From contig JAUZTB010000135.1 in the NCBI GenBank assembly GCA_034780895.1, positions 74,080,331 through 74,144,330 on the forward strand: a stretch of DNA of 64,000 bases, written 5' to 3'. Positions 11,293 through 24,964 of this stretch are shown one piece after another. The notes under the pieces were generated by a model, which worked only from the letters and a program-made list of their open reading frames with translations, searched no databases and was not told the origin of the DNA. Position 1 is the stretch's first letter, and every line of letters starts with the position of its first letter. The DNA comes from Rhynchobatus australiae (lineage: Eukaryota). The position numbers and the translations under genes were made by a program.

Positions 11293-14200
11293 GGCAGAAA
11301 GAATAATGTTCTATCAAAATATCACTATCTCAAACTTTCTCAGTCAATTCCTCCAAATGCTAGGGCACTTTTGTTTAACTCTGCAATTCGGCTGTATCTT
11401 AAAATTTACATTTTGGATTTGGAAGTAAATTCATTTGTGGAACTTGTGCACAAAATTTAATTTTAAATTTTCTTTGGAAACGATAAGAAAATTTTAGATG
11501 TGCATCATTAGTGTATAATTTTTTTTCCGAGCTTTAGTTAAGTGGATATGGTTGTATTAGTGGCATTAGGCTGGTTGTGTTTTGCTAGACAGTGGCAGCT
11601 TGAGATAAAGGTGACTCATTGTTTCCAGCAGGTACTCTTCCTATTTTTAACTGCATAGGATACTGCCTTTATAGATTATAGTTAACATTTCCTTGAAGTA
11701 ATGCATGTTCTTAAATGTAGCGGACTTTTTCACAGCGATAGTGTATTGAAACTGCTTGACTTTACCAATATGTAGATGGTTTATATTGCAACTGTTAAAA
11801 ATCTGTTTCAAAATTGCATCCAATGTAAAATCTTTACCATACAATTACTGCCGAGTGGTCCTAATGGCAGAGCATTATTGTAATATGTTGCCAGGTGGTG
11901 GTAGTTCGATGAGAGGTGACTCATCACCAGGAGGTGCTTTGTTAATCTTAACCGCAAGTTATCGGATAATGCCTTTTTGATGTATACAGTTTCCTGTGTT
12001 GCTGCTGAGCAATGAGTTGGCCAAAAGTTTCATTTATTTATATGTAAAATGATCTCACCCTAGTGGAGTTCCTAACATTAGTATTGGATGACACTTTTGG
12101 GTGTTTAACTTTCAATTCCAATGTTGTCTTATAAATTTATAGCCTCAAACAAAGGAAGGTAAAATAACATGTATTGGCAGTATAGATATTTAATTTTATC
12201 AGATATGCTCTTCTGCTAGACAATGCCTATATAAATATTGGGTGATATTACATTTTACATGACACATGCATGTTTCTCATTGCTGTAAACAAAATATGTG
12301 CTTCTGCAATTTCCAACAGCTTGATGTGAATTTCTTATGTGACTAGTGTCTCAATCGTGAAAGTAGGTGAACTGGTATGTGGATGAATCTTAGGTGCACC
12401 CCAATCCAATGTTATAATTTCCTCACAGTGCTTCATTTGTCATGCATGGTTAATTGAATTACATGCCTTTTTTAGCCTAATAATAAATTGTGATCTCATG
12501 CTAAAGAAACAGTCCTATTGCAGAACATCAAATCCATGCCATAACACCACCTGTTGTTTCATTTGTCACTTTTTTGTAAATAGCATTTCCTTACTCAGTG
12601 CAAGGGATTAATATGACCAACAAAGTTTGGTAAGAAACTCTAAAGATGAGGATATTAATTGTTTGGATCAGGATCAACAAGTCACTTACCATTCCCAGGT
12701 CATGACAGGGTTACTTGGGCTCTAGTTGCTCCAAGTGTTAAGTGAGCTAACATGGCAGAATTTACTTCTGAATCTTTTCCTCTCTTCCAGCATTGGTCTT
12801 GTGGCTGAGACTTTCTTTGGTTCTGTACTTCTGTCATTTGACAATTCTTCACTGAACAGAACATCTAGTCTAAGCTTTGGGTGTCCTTGAGCTGTTGCCT
12901 TTTGCATTAGCTGAAGCAATCTTTGGCTTTCTAAACCAGTTCTGATTCAAACTTTTTTCTGTTTTTTCAGTAGTTCTGTGAATTTGTGTAAATTGCCTAA
13001 GTCAAACTAATTCCAAATTGTTAAATGATTCATTGGTTTTAATTTGACCAGTATGTAGAAATAGATGTTAATATGTTAATAGATGTTATTAGTTTAAATA
13101 TTTTGTTAAGATTGTTTTTACTGGTACTTTGGAGATTTGGATTCTGTGGGAACTTGTTAGTTAATGACCTTGTTGATTAAATAAGTAGGGGAAGGAAAGA
13201 GAACTACAGTTCCCATTTCAGGGGAAAGTCCTTTGCAAGGCCCTCAAGAAGAGAATTAATTGAGGGCAAATTTTCTATGAGTCAGTTTTTGTTGTTCTGA
13301 TTGTCATTATCCTCTCTTCCTGGGTCTCAAAACATGCTGAAAATCTGCATCGTATAGTTAGGGGAGCACTTGTGACATTTGTTAATATTTCTGCGGTCTC
13401 ATATTTGGGAGCCTGAATATTTTAAAAGAAGATAACTATTTTCCCTTTATTATTTTAACATTGACCACAACCCTCCTCAACCCCTCTTACCTTCGTCTTT
13501 TTAAAAAAAGCTTAGAGCATTTTAAAGTGGTCAGTTTCTGTGGTACATCTGGGCTTTAAAAGCTGGTAGGGGAAGGTGGTGTGAAACCCCAGCTCCATTA
13601 TGAGGGGCTCCTGCAGTTCATTAATTAGCTGGGTGGTGAATTGAAGTTAGGATTTTGTGACCAAAAGCTGACACATTTTGCGTAGATTCTAGTGACTCAA
13701 TTTAGCAATGGTAGCACATATTTGTATGGGGAAACATTGTGCCTTGCAATCCTTAGAGTAGGCTGACCAATTGTATGGCACATTAAGTTGTCTGAGATGA
13801 AAGGATGTAGTGTTCATGGCATTCCAAGGAAATAGCCAATTCTTCATGTAATATCATTAAAAGTGGATCACCTGCTTACATCATGGCTGCCTGTGGGATC
13901 TGGAATTTAACCTGGAACACACACATGAGCATCATTTGCAACTTGATGACTCTGATTGGACTGATCTTGGCTCCTAAGTGGAGGTAGCAAAGATCAGACA
14001 GTTTCCTGTTTGTCCTGAAGATTAGTAGTCTGGTGTGTTGGTGAAACAGCACCAGATGTTATCCTGTAGGATGACATCACGGTGAGAGTGAGCAATTCCT
14101 TTATGAACTTCTAGGAGGCACTGGGTGCCTCTCAATCCTTGGGCTCTTCTTCATTCTTGGTGTCTTTGGAACGGACCCTTGGTTGTTTGAGCAGCTGGTG

Positions 14201-15179
14201 GTCTTGACTGTGAATAATCCATGTATGTGGTTATTGATATGTTGGATTTCCTGCATTCTTTCCACTGCCATTTGATATTTAGGTCTTTTTTTAAACTACT
14301 GAATCTTGGCCTTGTAGTTCCCGTAGAGATTGGGGGTGTTGATTTTCTCCTTGAGGTATAATAGAATTTCCAATCCAAGAATGCCAAGTGTTTGCAGGTA
14401 ATTACCTCTTGGTCATTCTCAACAAAACAGCCCTGCTACAAGTGCAAATTAGTGTAAACTGTGGGCATTATGTGGCGAGTTTTTGGGTTATCTGTGAGGG
14501 CAGTCTGAGGAAAGTTTTCTGTGTGAGATCTTAGAAACCTTTAACATTGTTTTTTCTGTAGCTTTTCTGTTACCATCATTGTTTTGGAGCCAGGTTGATG
14601 GAAATAACAATGGATTAAGCAGTCGTCAGTCCAGCAGTTGTCAGTAACTCTTGTGACGTTGAAACCAACCATTCCTGCAATCTTTTGCTTGAATGATGTG
14701 ACAGATGCTGGTGCCTTGATTGACGTTGTGGTCAAGTAGTCTTGATTGTCTCTCTGAGGAAACTCTGGTTGTGACAAGATTATGCTCCAAGTGTTTCATC
14801 CGGAGGAGTGTTCTATTGGAGTTGGTGGAAATCCTCCTCCTCCTTCCTTGCCAATCACTTTTCTGGAATGCTTGTCATTTCTGATCCCAAATTTGAAGTT
14901 GCTGAGGAGTATTAGTTTGCCTTCCTCTAGGACCTGGGCCAGAATTTTCTCAAGATTGGAATAGGAATACTCCTGGAAACAACAAAGGAAGATTCCTACA
15001 ATGCTACCAAGGTTGGGATACATTGATACATATAGCAGGCTAGTTCCACGTTAGAATGAAAATGATCATATGACATTTGCTAGTCCCAAAGTGAGATGCT
15101 GGGCCAACTCTTCTTTGACAGCAAAACCTAACCAATGGAGGTGCTATTCCTCTCCTAGTTTGTTCTTCCAGAAGGTGTG

Positions 15180-15570
15180 CATACCTTGTCCTTTTGAGCG
15201 AGTTGTCTCCTGCCTGCTGTGTCTTAGTCAAGGCAACAATATCACCATTGGAGTGTTTGAGTTCCTGGGCTTTAGTAGTCAATATCAATTCCTGGTCTGA
15301 AGCATACAAGAGAATGGGCCTTGCGTTAAACATGCCCAAACTCAGATTATCTATCAACCTGCCCCAGCACACAATATCACTCATTTCCTTCTCATCCCCA
15401 AATTACTGTCAACAACTCTGGTTGGTCCATATCATTCAAATGGCCAACCTCTGAACCCCAGAAAGAATTCTAGTAGGAGCTCCATCAGAGCAAAAGATTA
15501 CAATCGCACAGAAACACTTCAAAGATGTTCCCAAAGTTGCCTTGAAAAACTAAATACATCAACCCTGACC
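15180..15570 (+). mobile_element. Decayed RTE-clade LINE fragment
   Basis: SEAYKRMGLALNMPK (ORF 15194..15454) resembles the RTE RT motif; similar to the 1-1130 copy. Confidence 0.45.
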
Positions 15571-17479
15571 CATTGTGTATTCATAGCTGTTGAAAGGGTG
15601 AATTTAGATATTAACATTCAGATTTGAATTATTTAATGTAGTTTTATATGGAGACTGTGAACAAATATGTGAATGGTGGACTTGGTGCACAGGTCTGCTT
15701 GGGTATAAAATACAACCAGACCTGGCTGCAGCCAATCAGGAGCTGACCAGAGAATGAACATTTGCCTTTTTCTCTGCCCAATGAGATCTAGTTGCAGAAA
15801 AGAAAAACTTGCAACATTGCTATCAAGAATCAGGATAAGGAACTGAGTTGTGCTGGGTTGAGACAACCCCGAGTATTGTCAGAATATACACTTGAGCTGA
15901 GATGGCAACATAGTCAGATCCAAATGTGACTTGGGTTGGATAGTCAAGGATATTGTCTAGTGAAATTTGAAATCAAATTTATATTTTTATTTATGAATTA
16001 CTGATTTTTTTTTTGGTTGTTGGCTTTTCTGATTCTCATTTGTGGTAACACTATCATTTTATGTGAATTAATAACTTTTGGNNNNNNNNNNNNNNNNNNN
16101 NNNNNNNNNNNNNNNNNNNNNNNNNNNNNNNNNNNNNNNNNNNNNNNNNNNNNNNNNNNNNNNNNNNNNNNNNNNNNNNNNTTTTCTGATTCTCATTTGT
16201 GGTAACACTATCAGTTTATGTGAATTAAGAACTTTTGGTGTTTAAAGAGAGCCTGTCTAAACTGAAGTGGAAAATTCCCCACCTACTCAAAGTTTGGGGA
16301 AAATAATGGTTCAACTAAGTTGTAAATTAATGCTAATTGGTCTTGTTTCAAAATGTGTAAGACTGAAGATTACTGTAAAACTTTGCATTCTCCTGTTCTT
16401 AGATGATAAGATATGAAATGAGAAGTTTCCTTTTGGAATAATTAGCACATTTTGAAAAATGCACAAGCTGATCCAAATAATCCATTGATCTTAAGTACAG
16501 CTTCAAGCAGAAAAATGAACCAACAAGCATAGAATTTATAACAAGAAAATTAAATAACTTAATGGTACAATGTTATAAGCATGATTTTAAAGTCTTACAA
16601 TATCCAAATCATTTTGCAAATATAATAAAGGGTTTAGTTCTGCCAGTATGCAGGGCTGTTATGTGAATAGAATAATTGCTGTGAGTAGGTGTTTGCGATG
16701 AATAGTATTGTCAATATGTATTGCAGGCAAGAATGATGTATTTCATTTTTCTGTTTGCTATCTAAATTCAATACATTTTGTAACATCATTCAAAATGTTG
16801 TTTTTAATTTGTGTTGTCCCTTAAGAATAGTTTAATTCCACTTCATCTAAAATTGCAGCATTGTGGTATTGTTTCTTGAATAGAGGCAATTTGAAGTGAC
16901 CATTGCACACTTCCTTTGGTGGGAACCAATAGCCAATTGGTTTTTATAGCAGAATCTTGTATTTGCAGAAACTTAGCAGGAAGGGTGACTAAATAACAGT
17001 TGAGAGTGTAAAAATGTTATGAATTTTTTCCTTTTTGGGAGGAAGCAGTACAAATGTTGTTAAGGCAGCCCAGTTTAAATCTATTTTCTGAGCTAAGTAC
17101 TATTTGAACCAGAGATTGCAATGTTTTGGCTTGGTAGTGGTGCACTGAGTCCTTCAGAAGTACTCTTTTAAAAATCCAGTTTGAGATAACAAAAATTAAG
17201 TTGAGATCATAAGGTACACTACTAGGACCATAACATCAGCAGGAAAATTGGCAGATACTGATTAGGTTGCTAGCGTATAAAGAAGGAAACACTTCATTTC
17301 TGAATTTGCACTTACTATTCTAATCATTCCTATTTAAGGAATAAAACTTTTGGATATGATGTGAGAGGCATCAGAATATAGTTCCTAACATAGACAAAAA
17401 GAAGTTGTCCTCCCCAATTTTACTATCTTGTTTATAACTTTACAATGCCATGTGAACTCCTGTAGACATTAATCTTTAA

Positions 17480-17757
17480 TTATTACAGGTTGTCCATCAC
17501 AGATCAGTTTTTAGCAATTCTTGTTTGGATCCACCTATCACCTGCCAGTTCTTGCTCCACTCCTCTTCTTTCTTCTCCACCCCTCCCACCCCACCTTTTT
17601 TATACTGGCTATGTCCCCTCTTCCTTTCCAGTCCTGGTGAAGGATTTCGACCTGAAATAGCAACTGTTCATTTCCCTGCATGCTGCCTGACCCACTGAGT
17701 TCCTTCAGCTCCTTTGTGTGTTGCTCCAGAATTCAGCATCTGCAGTCTCTTGTGTCT
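17480..17757 (+). mobile_element. Penelope terminal repeat (solo fragment) with degenerate hammerhead
   Basis: CAGTC-CTGGTGA-AGG(ATTTCGA)CCT-GAAATAGC-AACTG at 17629-17666, followed by the tail tgctgcctgacccactgagttcc...cagcatctgcagtctcttgtgtct. Confidence 0.65.
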
Positions 17758-18749
17758 TTGTAATTTTGATTTGATTGCATTTTGAAGGATCTTAGTTGTT
17801 CTTAATGGGCAACTGAATGTAATTAATTTTTTGTCCTCAAGTTGCTGGACTATTAATCCAACTTCAATTTTTAGATTCATCTGTTGTTTGAAATGATAGG
17901 TCTGTTTTTTGGGATGTGGGTGATTTTCGCAAGAGTCATTTTTATTGCTCACCTTTGCCTGGTTTGAGGGGGTATTGTTGAGCCTTCGCCTTGAAGAATT
18001 GCAGACTTCCACAGTGGTGGTAAATGAGAACTGCAAGGTTTATCAATAATGTGACAAGTGATGTACAACTTTTAGACTCTAATTCTTAGAAGTAATCAAT
18101 GTTTTCTTTCTCTGTCTTGGTGATGTTTAATATATTTTCTTCCCACCACCCTTCCTTTTAGACTCCTCCCTGCCCCACTCACTCTACCACTTGCTGGATA
18201 TGTGTTACCCTCACCTGTATGGATACAGAGTCCCAGTCACACCAGTATTCAGTGTTCTGGAGTCTAGTGGTGTGGTCTAAGCCTTTAGATGGTGAACACT
18301 GCAGTCTACTTCTGAGGAGGTTGGTGCAGATGGGTATTGAGTCCTGTGGCAAGTGCACAGATCAAATACAGTGTACTTTCTTAAGTTTGGTGACCTTGAG
18401 TGTTGCATCCAACCAAGTGATTAAGTATTCTATCATGCTCCTCTCACTCAATAGCAACTGGAGCTATAATTCGTTCTCCATGCATTTAACCTTGCATCCA
18501 TGACTGAATCAAAGTTTTGGGCACTCAAAGGTACACTTGGATAGAGGGAGCATCAGTACTGGTGCATAGGTCTTTGCTATGTCTAGGACAAAAGTTTTAT
18601 TAGCTCCTGGAAGTGTATGGTTCTGGCAGATTCCAAACCAAGTGCAAGTAAAGGTATTTAATTGGTATCACAGTAGATAATTTTATCCATCACTTCACTG
18701 ATTTTGGGAGCGCATTGGTACATTGCTCAGAAATGTTCATGAAGAATTT

Positions 18750-19700
18750 CATACACTGACACAGTCGACCACAAATCCTTTTCCAATGCCTTACCTTGAC
18801 TAGTGCATTGGGTCTTGTTTCCATTCCGAGCTTTGTGGTCAGAGGCAGAATGTCTCCAGCTGTTATTTCTTCTCTTGCTCCTGCAGAGTTAATGAGGTAC
18901 TTCAGCTCCTTCTTTTACTTGCTACTTCATTGACAACAGAGGGGTCTGGTTCCTTCATATGCTAGCAACATCCAGCTGTGGAACTGCACTGTCTCCCTTG
19001 ATTCCAGCAGTTTTCAATATGTTGTACCATAAGTCAGGGTTTTGACAGCATCCTCCTAGTAACAAAAAAAGCATTGAGAAGACCAGAGTCTTCAGCCACA
19101 CCATAACTCTGCTACTATCTTACACAAGTTGAAGCAGACTGTTTGCAATCTTTGTGTGCTCTTTGACAATGAGCTGAGCTTTCCATGCGTTCTCCACCAC
19201 AAAGACAGCTTGTGTCCTACAACATCACATAACTGTGTTTTGCCAGCACACTAGCAGGAACATGCTATGCATTTGACACATCCAGATTTAACTATTCCAT
19301 TACCTTCATGGCTGGTTCACCATTTCTTACACTTCATAAAATTCAACTCATTCAGACTTCTGTGCATAAGAAATCCTGCACCAAGTTCCATTTACCCATC
19401 ACCCTGTGCTCATTAAGCTATATTGGTTCCCAATCCGAAGTCGCGTAAAACTTCTAACCTCTTCAAATTCTGCACAGCCTTGGCCTTGCCGATCCCTTAG
19501 AGCTTTAAAATTCTGCATTCCTCCAACTGTGGTTGCCAATGCATTCCTCTCTCTCATCCACCTTCTGTTGGTCATCATGCCTTCAGGTATCATATGCAGA
19601 ACCATAAATCTTAGAGTAGTTTTATTCTGTACTTTATCTTGTTCTCCTGCCTTAAAACCTTCCTAAATGTCTTCCAACCTTTAGTTACCATTCTGATAAT
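18750..19700 (+). mobile_element. Decayed L2 LINE, RT to 3' end
   Basis: gacacagtcgaccac (DTVDH) at about 18758; SRFNYS...LHKIQLIQ...ITLCSLSYIG-like region at 19280-19440, matching the L2 motif SRLDY...LQLIQN...ITPVL..LHWLP. Confidence 0.55.
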
Positions 19701-20274
19701 TTACCCTGTAATTATGTATGTTAATACATTGAAGCATGTGTAAGGTTTTGGATGAATGGAAGTTTTTGCTTTTTAATATCAAGCAAATACAGGAACTGTT
19801 TAGTTGGGAAGAGGGAGCAGCAGTACTGGTGTATATGTCTTTACCTTATCAAGAATGTTGTCAGGGTCTTTGGTTTTCACTGACTATAGCCATTTACTGT
19901 CTGTGATGCTAAGATGCAGCGAAGTATATTTGAGCATCTATGGTGTTTCAGACCTCTGGGGAGGCACCAATGGTACAGAAGGAGAAACTGAGAATTGTTA
20001 AGAATGTTCATTCATATATTAGCGATACATATTGAATTAGCATGATAAAATTGTGAACTTTGCGGGGGGGGGGGAACAGTGGAAGGAGGGGGAGTGAAGA
20101 GGCTATTGGTGCTGGAGTATATGACTAAGAATAGACTATTATTTAAAGAACAATTACAGCAACCTTTTCCAATAAAAGCAAGGTGATTTTTTAATAATGC
20201 AGTGAATGAAGGATAGTTACATATTAATCTTTGCGCATAATCCTAATCTTGGTTATTTACAGCAGTGATGTCAA

Positions 20275-20657
20275 CAAGATGCATCTTTATACAACTCTGG
20301 TTAGGCTGCATTTAGAGTATTGCTCACAATTCTGGTCACCTCAGTATAGGAAGGATGTTGAGGCTTTAGAGAGGGTGCAGAGGAGGTTTACCGGGACGCT
20401 GCCTGGATTAGAGGGCACGTGCTATCAGGAGAGGCTGGACTAACTTGGGCTCTTTTCTCTGGAATGGCAGAGGCTGAGGAGTGATCTGTTGGAGGTGTAT
20501 AAAATTATCAGGGTACAGATAGGGTGGACAAGCAATATCTTTTTCCCATTATTGAGAGATCCAATACCGGAGGGCACGTATTTAAAGTGAGAGGGGGTAG
20601 GTTCAGAACAGACGTGAGGGATACGTTTTTTACTGAGAGAGTGGTGGATGCCTGGAA
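20275..20657 (+). mobile_element. CR1 LINE 3' fragment, relatively young
   Basis: Encodes LYTTLVRLHLEYCSQFWSPQYRKDVEALERVQRRFTGTLPGLEG...FKVRGGRFRTDVRDTFFTERVVDAW. Confidence 0.85.
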
Positions 20658-20757
20658 NNNNNNNNNNNNNNNNNNNNNNNNNNNNNNNNNNNNNNNNNNN
20701 NNNNNNNNNNNNNNNNNNNNNNNNNNNNNNNNNNNNNNNNNNNNNNNNNNNNNNNNN

Positions 20758-21030
20758 GAAGAGAGAGCGTTCTGGGTGGGTGGGGTCTTTTAAAGGAGAC
20801 AACATAATGAGGCAGTGAGAAGTGTAGACAGAGTTCATAGAGGGGGTGGCTGGTTTCTGTGATATGCTGGGCTGTGTCCATAACTCTGCAATTTCTGGCG
20901 GTCCTGTGCAAAGCAGTAGCGGTACCAAGCCATGATGCATCCAAATAGGATGCTTTCTACGGTGCATCAATTAAAAATTGGTGAGGGTCAAAGGGGACGT
21001 GCCAAATTTCTTCAGCCTTTTGAGGAAGTA
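20758..21030 (-). mobile_element. Rex1/Babar LINE fragment
   Basis: Minus strand reads CTVESILFGCIMAWY...QDRQKLQ/VMDTAQHITETS...KDPTHP. Confidence 0.75.
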
Positions 21031-21839
21031 AAGTGCTAAAAATGTACCTTTTGAGTGTCCAAAACTATTCCAAAGATTGGACTGGTTATGGCATGGAAAA
21101 CACTCAAATCATTTAATAGTTCAGCCAGTTCCTTTAAGAAGGCATTGTTCTGTTTTGGAAAGTTCAGAAAGAAAGTGATGTCTTTTGTATTGAAATATTT
21201 CTGGCGGGCAGTGGCAGAAGAATATAGATACACCCACTATTCTTCAAGAGAAAGTATTTGTGCAGTAACTGGATGGGACTTAGAGGCACAGAAACATTCT
21301 GCGACTAAATTGTACTGTAGCAGTCTTTTTTTAAAAAAGGCACTGTTAGTTGACTCTGCACCATGTTTGGTGGTGAATTTTTTAAAATGGAATTTGAAAG
21401 TCAGCAATACAAATGTTGACTTAATAAAGAAAATATTTGTGCTAATTTTAGTGAACGCTGTGCTAGCAGTGCCTGATTTGAAAAATATTTGTGCTTTGCA
21501 ATATAAGTGAAAGCAAACTATTTGTGCCTTTTTAAATAATGACACAAAAATTCTGATGCCATTTAACTCGTGCTATAAAGAAAATGTGCATGATTTGTAA
21601 TGCAGAGACCACCCATAGTGACTACTCTTTGCTAATTATCTACTTTATCTCTTGTTAAAAGTAGTTTAGAACTTGCTACCTCCTATTTTGGTGAGTGTAG
21701 CCTTGAAACTCCAAATTGACTGTGGTTTGGAAAGAATGATCAGCTTGCTTATAGAATATACATGGTTTTGGCAAGGGATCAAACTGTTGGCCATTCTTTT
21801 TGATTTAAGCAAATTTTGGGAAACGTGTAAGGTCTTAAG

Positions 21840-22100
21840 ACACCTTTCGCACTGATTTGTTAAAAGAAACCGCAAAATGCTGCTGCGCAGGTGTTGCAAA
21901 TGTTGATGGCTGATTGAGGGAAGCAGATGGCTTTAGTTGGTGGCATCAAGCCAAAAGAGCAGGTGCTGGTCATGTGACTGCTGGTTACCAGGGTAATCTT
22001 ATTGCTCTTGGCGTGCAGATGAAAGGAAAGGGGCCCCAGTGTTCAGCTGTAGTATTGTATAATTTGTGGCCGTTAGAGCGGAAATAAATGCTGGAAATGG
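21840..22100. promoter_or_regulatory. Candidate intronic enhancer (E-box cluster plus RFX-like X-box)
   Basis: Seven CANNTG boxes in 162 bp (21888-22049) and GTTACCAGGGTAAT at 21984-21997, in non-repetitive, locally GC/CpG-richer sequence. Function is inferred. Confidence 0.45.
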
Positions 22101-22814
22101 AGTCTCATGGCAAGAGAAGCTGATGGCAGTGTTTAGTAAATACTAAAATAATTGGTGTGGAAATAGGGCTGAAAATTAAGTGAAAGATTTTTTTTAGCTT
22201 GGTGTATGGCTTATCATGCCTTTTTATATCGATCTTTTTGTCATTACATCTCAACTGCATATAAATAAGGAAATTTGAGTTCTTTGAACATGGGCATTGT
22301 TCCCAGCAGTTAATTATTTTATAAACACTTTTGTCTAAGAGGATTCAGACTATTCTGGGACAGTTGGATAGACTGGTGGATCTCAGTTTGCACACTAGCT
22401 TTGTTTAATGATCACTGTCATTTTTCTATTGAAAACATGATGCTATTAACAGTAAATCATTGATCAGTTTTTTGGGGTTCCAATTACTAAAGTTAACTTG
22501 GTTTGTGTGCTGGGGAATACCTGGAAGCTATCTTTACAGTTATAGAATGAAACTCACAGGACACAAGCTAAATTGCTCATATCTGGAAGTGCAAATTTGC
22601 TTGCTTAATTTGTAATATATACAATTTATATTAGCTAAATTTGGTGATATGGCCAAAACATAATAACTTAGCCTATTGTATAGATTGTCGGTTTGGTTTT
22701 GGTTTCATGGTACTTCGGTAAATCATTTGAGAAGTGTTAATCTGTTAGTATGAACAAGTACCCCCAAATTTTTTTGGCTTAAATAGCAAGGCTAAATAAC
22801 CTATTGAGCAACTT

Positions 22815-22935
22815 GAGGGATATGGGGTTAGTGCAGGAAAGTGATGCTAAAGTTAAAATATCAGCCTTGACCTTATTTGAATGGCAGAGCAGGCATGAGG
22901 GGCCAGTTGGCCTACTTGTGCTCTTATATTCTTAG
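22815..22935 (+). mobile_element. CR1 3' UTR fragment
   Basis: gagggatatgggg...gaatggcagagcaggcatgaggggccagttggcctact...ctcttatattctt tail. Confidence 0.6.
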
Positions 22936-24105
22936 TTTGTTAACAATTTGTGCATAAATTGTCCTTAATTTAATCTGCTTTGGAAAATGAAGACAGATCT
23001 GTAAAATTCTTGCTGACTGAAATTCAGGTGAAAACTTATCTTTCACCTCTAACTTAATTATGTTTCAATGGTCTAAACTGGATTGATTTCATAGTGTTTA
23101 GCAGTGAAATTGTATAATCTTGTGTCACATTTTTAACTACCATGCTGCGATGTTTTTTTTCCTTTTGAGTTCCTTTATGTTAGATTTACTGTTTTTGCAA
23201 TTCTTGTGTATGTTCTAATTTGAAAACTGGTTTCTGAAGCAAGAAATTATACAATCCCCAAAAGTAATGTCTAAGGCTCTTGATATTAATTACAACAACT
23301 ACATTTATCCTATGTTCATCACCCAAACACACCCCACTAATGTGAAAATGTGTTCCTTTGCTGGGTTTAAGTCCTGGAACTCCCTATCCAATAGCATTAT
23401 TGGAGTGACATCAGCAAGGCTGCATTGGTTTAAAAAGGAAGATCATGACCATCAAAAGTACTTTAAAAGGGGGAATAAATGCATGTCAATTCCTATCCTC
23501 CACATAAATGCAATAAAAATCTTGAGCTCACAAGCTTGCACATCTAATTGAGATTAAAGTGTGCATAAGTTCCATTCTTTTGGGTAATTCTTCCTGTCTG
23601 TGTTAGTTACAGTTGAGCTATTTGGAGGTATTTTTGTTGTAGGCATGTAATGAACTAGTATTTGGGGATTGTATTTTCATTGTTATTGAATATTAATAAC
23701 ATCCTTCAGATTTGCTGCCATCATATGAATGTCCTCATCCCATAGGTACTTGCACATAATGCTTTTTCCCCCCCCCCACCAAAGATCTTGTGTAGTCATA
23801 GCTAGCGGATAATCTGCAATAGCTTTACTTCCTACTACTGCCTTCTTTCCTTGTCCCCTCATGATTCTTAACTACATGCTGCGTCTTGNNNNNNNNNNNN
23901 NNNNNNNNNNNNNNNNNNNNNNNNNNNNNNNNNNNNNNNNNNNNNNNNNNNNNNNNNNNNNNNNNNNNNNNNNNNNNNNNNNNNNNNNACTACATGCTGC
24001 GTCTTGCTAATGTCATCTTACAGCATGTCAGGTTCCACTTAATCTGATGTCAGCCAGCTTGAGTTTGTCTTCAACCCTCTCAACATCTCCATAGGATCTG
24101 ATTTT

Positions 24106-24410
24106 TCAAGTCAGAATCAGATTTATTATCACTGACTTGTATGCCATGAAACTTGTTGTCTTGTGGCAACAATACAGTACAAAGGCATAAAACTTATTTT
24201 GTAAGTAGTGCAAATAAATGAATAACTAGGTAGTGTTCATGGACCATTCAGAAATCTGATGGCAGAGGGGAAGAAGCCATTTCTGAAACGTTGAATGTGG
24301 GTCTTCAGGCTTCTGTACTACCACCTCATGGTAGTAATGAGAAGAGGGCAATGTCCTGGATGGTGAGACGATGGATGCCACTGCCTTGAGGTACCATCTC
24401 TTGAAAATGT
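24106..24410 (-). mobile_element. Rex1/Babar LINE 3' end
   Basis: DIFKRWYLKAVASIVS on the minus strand; tail gaatcagatttattatcactgac is shared with the copy at 30112. Confidence 0.7.
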
Positions 24411-24559
24411 CCAGTTCAATATTGAATATTGCATGAAGAAACATTTCCTGTATATGAATATTGAGAAGACTGAAGACATCTCTCACTCTGATGCTGACTC
24501 GTACTGTTTGGAACTTTTGTTGCTGTTTGACTCAGCTGAACTTCCATTACCATATTTTT

Positions 24560-24950
24560 TCCAATGCTTGACCATTGACTACTCTGTAGCATTGTCAATT
24601 TTGGATTCTCCCATTGTATTGTATCGTCAGTGTCTAAAGATGCCTATTCCATTGTTACCGTGAGATGACCCACTTCGCATCCTTAAATCTTGTCAATAAT
24701 TTGCCCAGTATCTGAACTCACTAATTTCCCCCAGTGTCTCTGTGCCTAATAACCTGTCTTGGTTCTTGCTAGCAATGTCTCAATTTTAAATTCTTCTCTG
24801 CCTTACCACACCCAATCTTTGCACTTGTCTGAAACGCACCAGAATGTGTTTGATCCTAAATTGATCTGTGTATCTACTTTTGCTGCGCCACTGGCATAGA
24901 CGTGTCTTTATTCGCCCGTCATCAGCTCTAATTCCTCCCTAAACACCCTT
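24560..24950 (+). mobile_element. Decayed L2 3' fragment
   Basis: Contains attgactactct... and ...cagctctaattcctccctaaacaccctt, resembling the L2 3' region. Confidence 0.4.
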
Positions 24951-24964
24951 CAATTGAGCCAGTT

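Noticed and set aside
15700-15790. TATAAAA plus two CCAAT boxes (possible internal promoter or LTR)
   Set aside because: The TATA lies upstream of the CCAAT boxes, which is the wrong order on the + strand. There is no CpG island, paired LTR or downstream exon evidence.
21055-21545. Overlapping 151-aa and 102-aa ORFs in unique sequence
   Set aside because: No recognisable domain, AT-rich composition, and no convincing splice context; likely chance ORFs.
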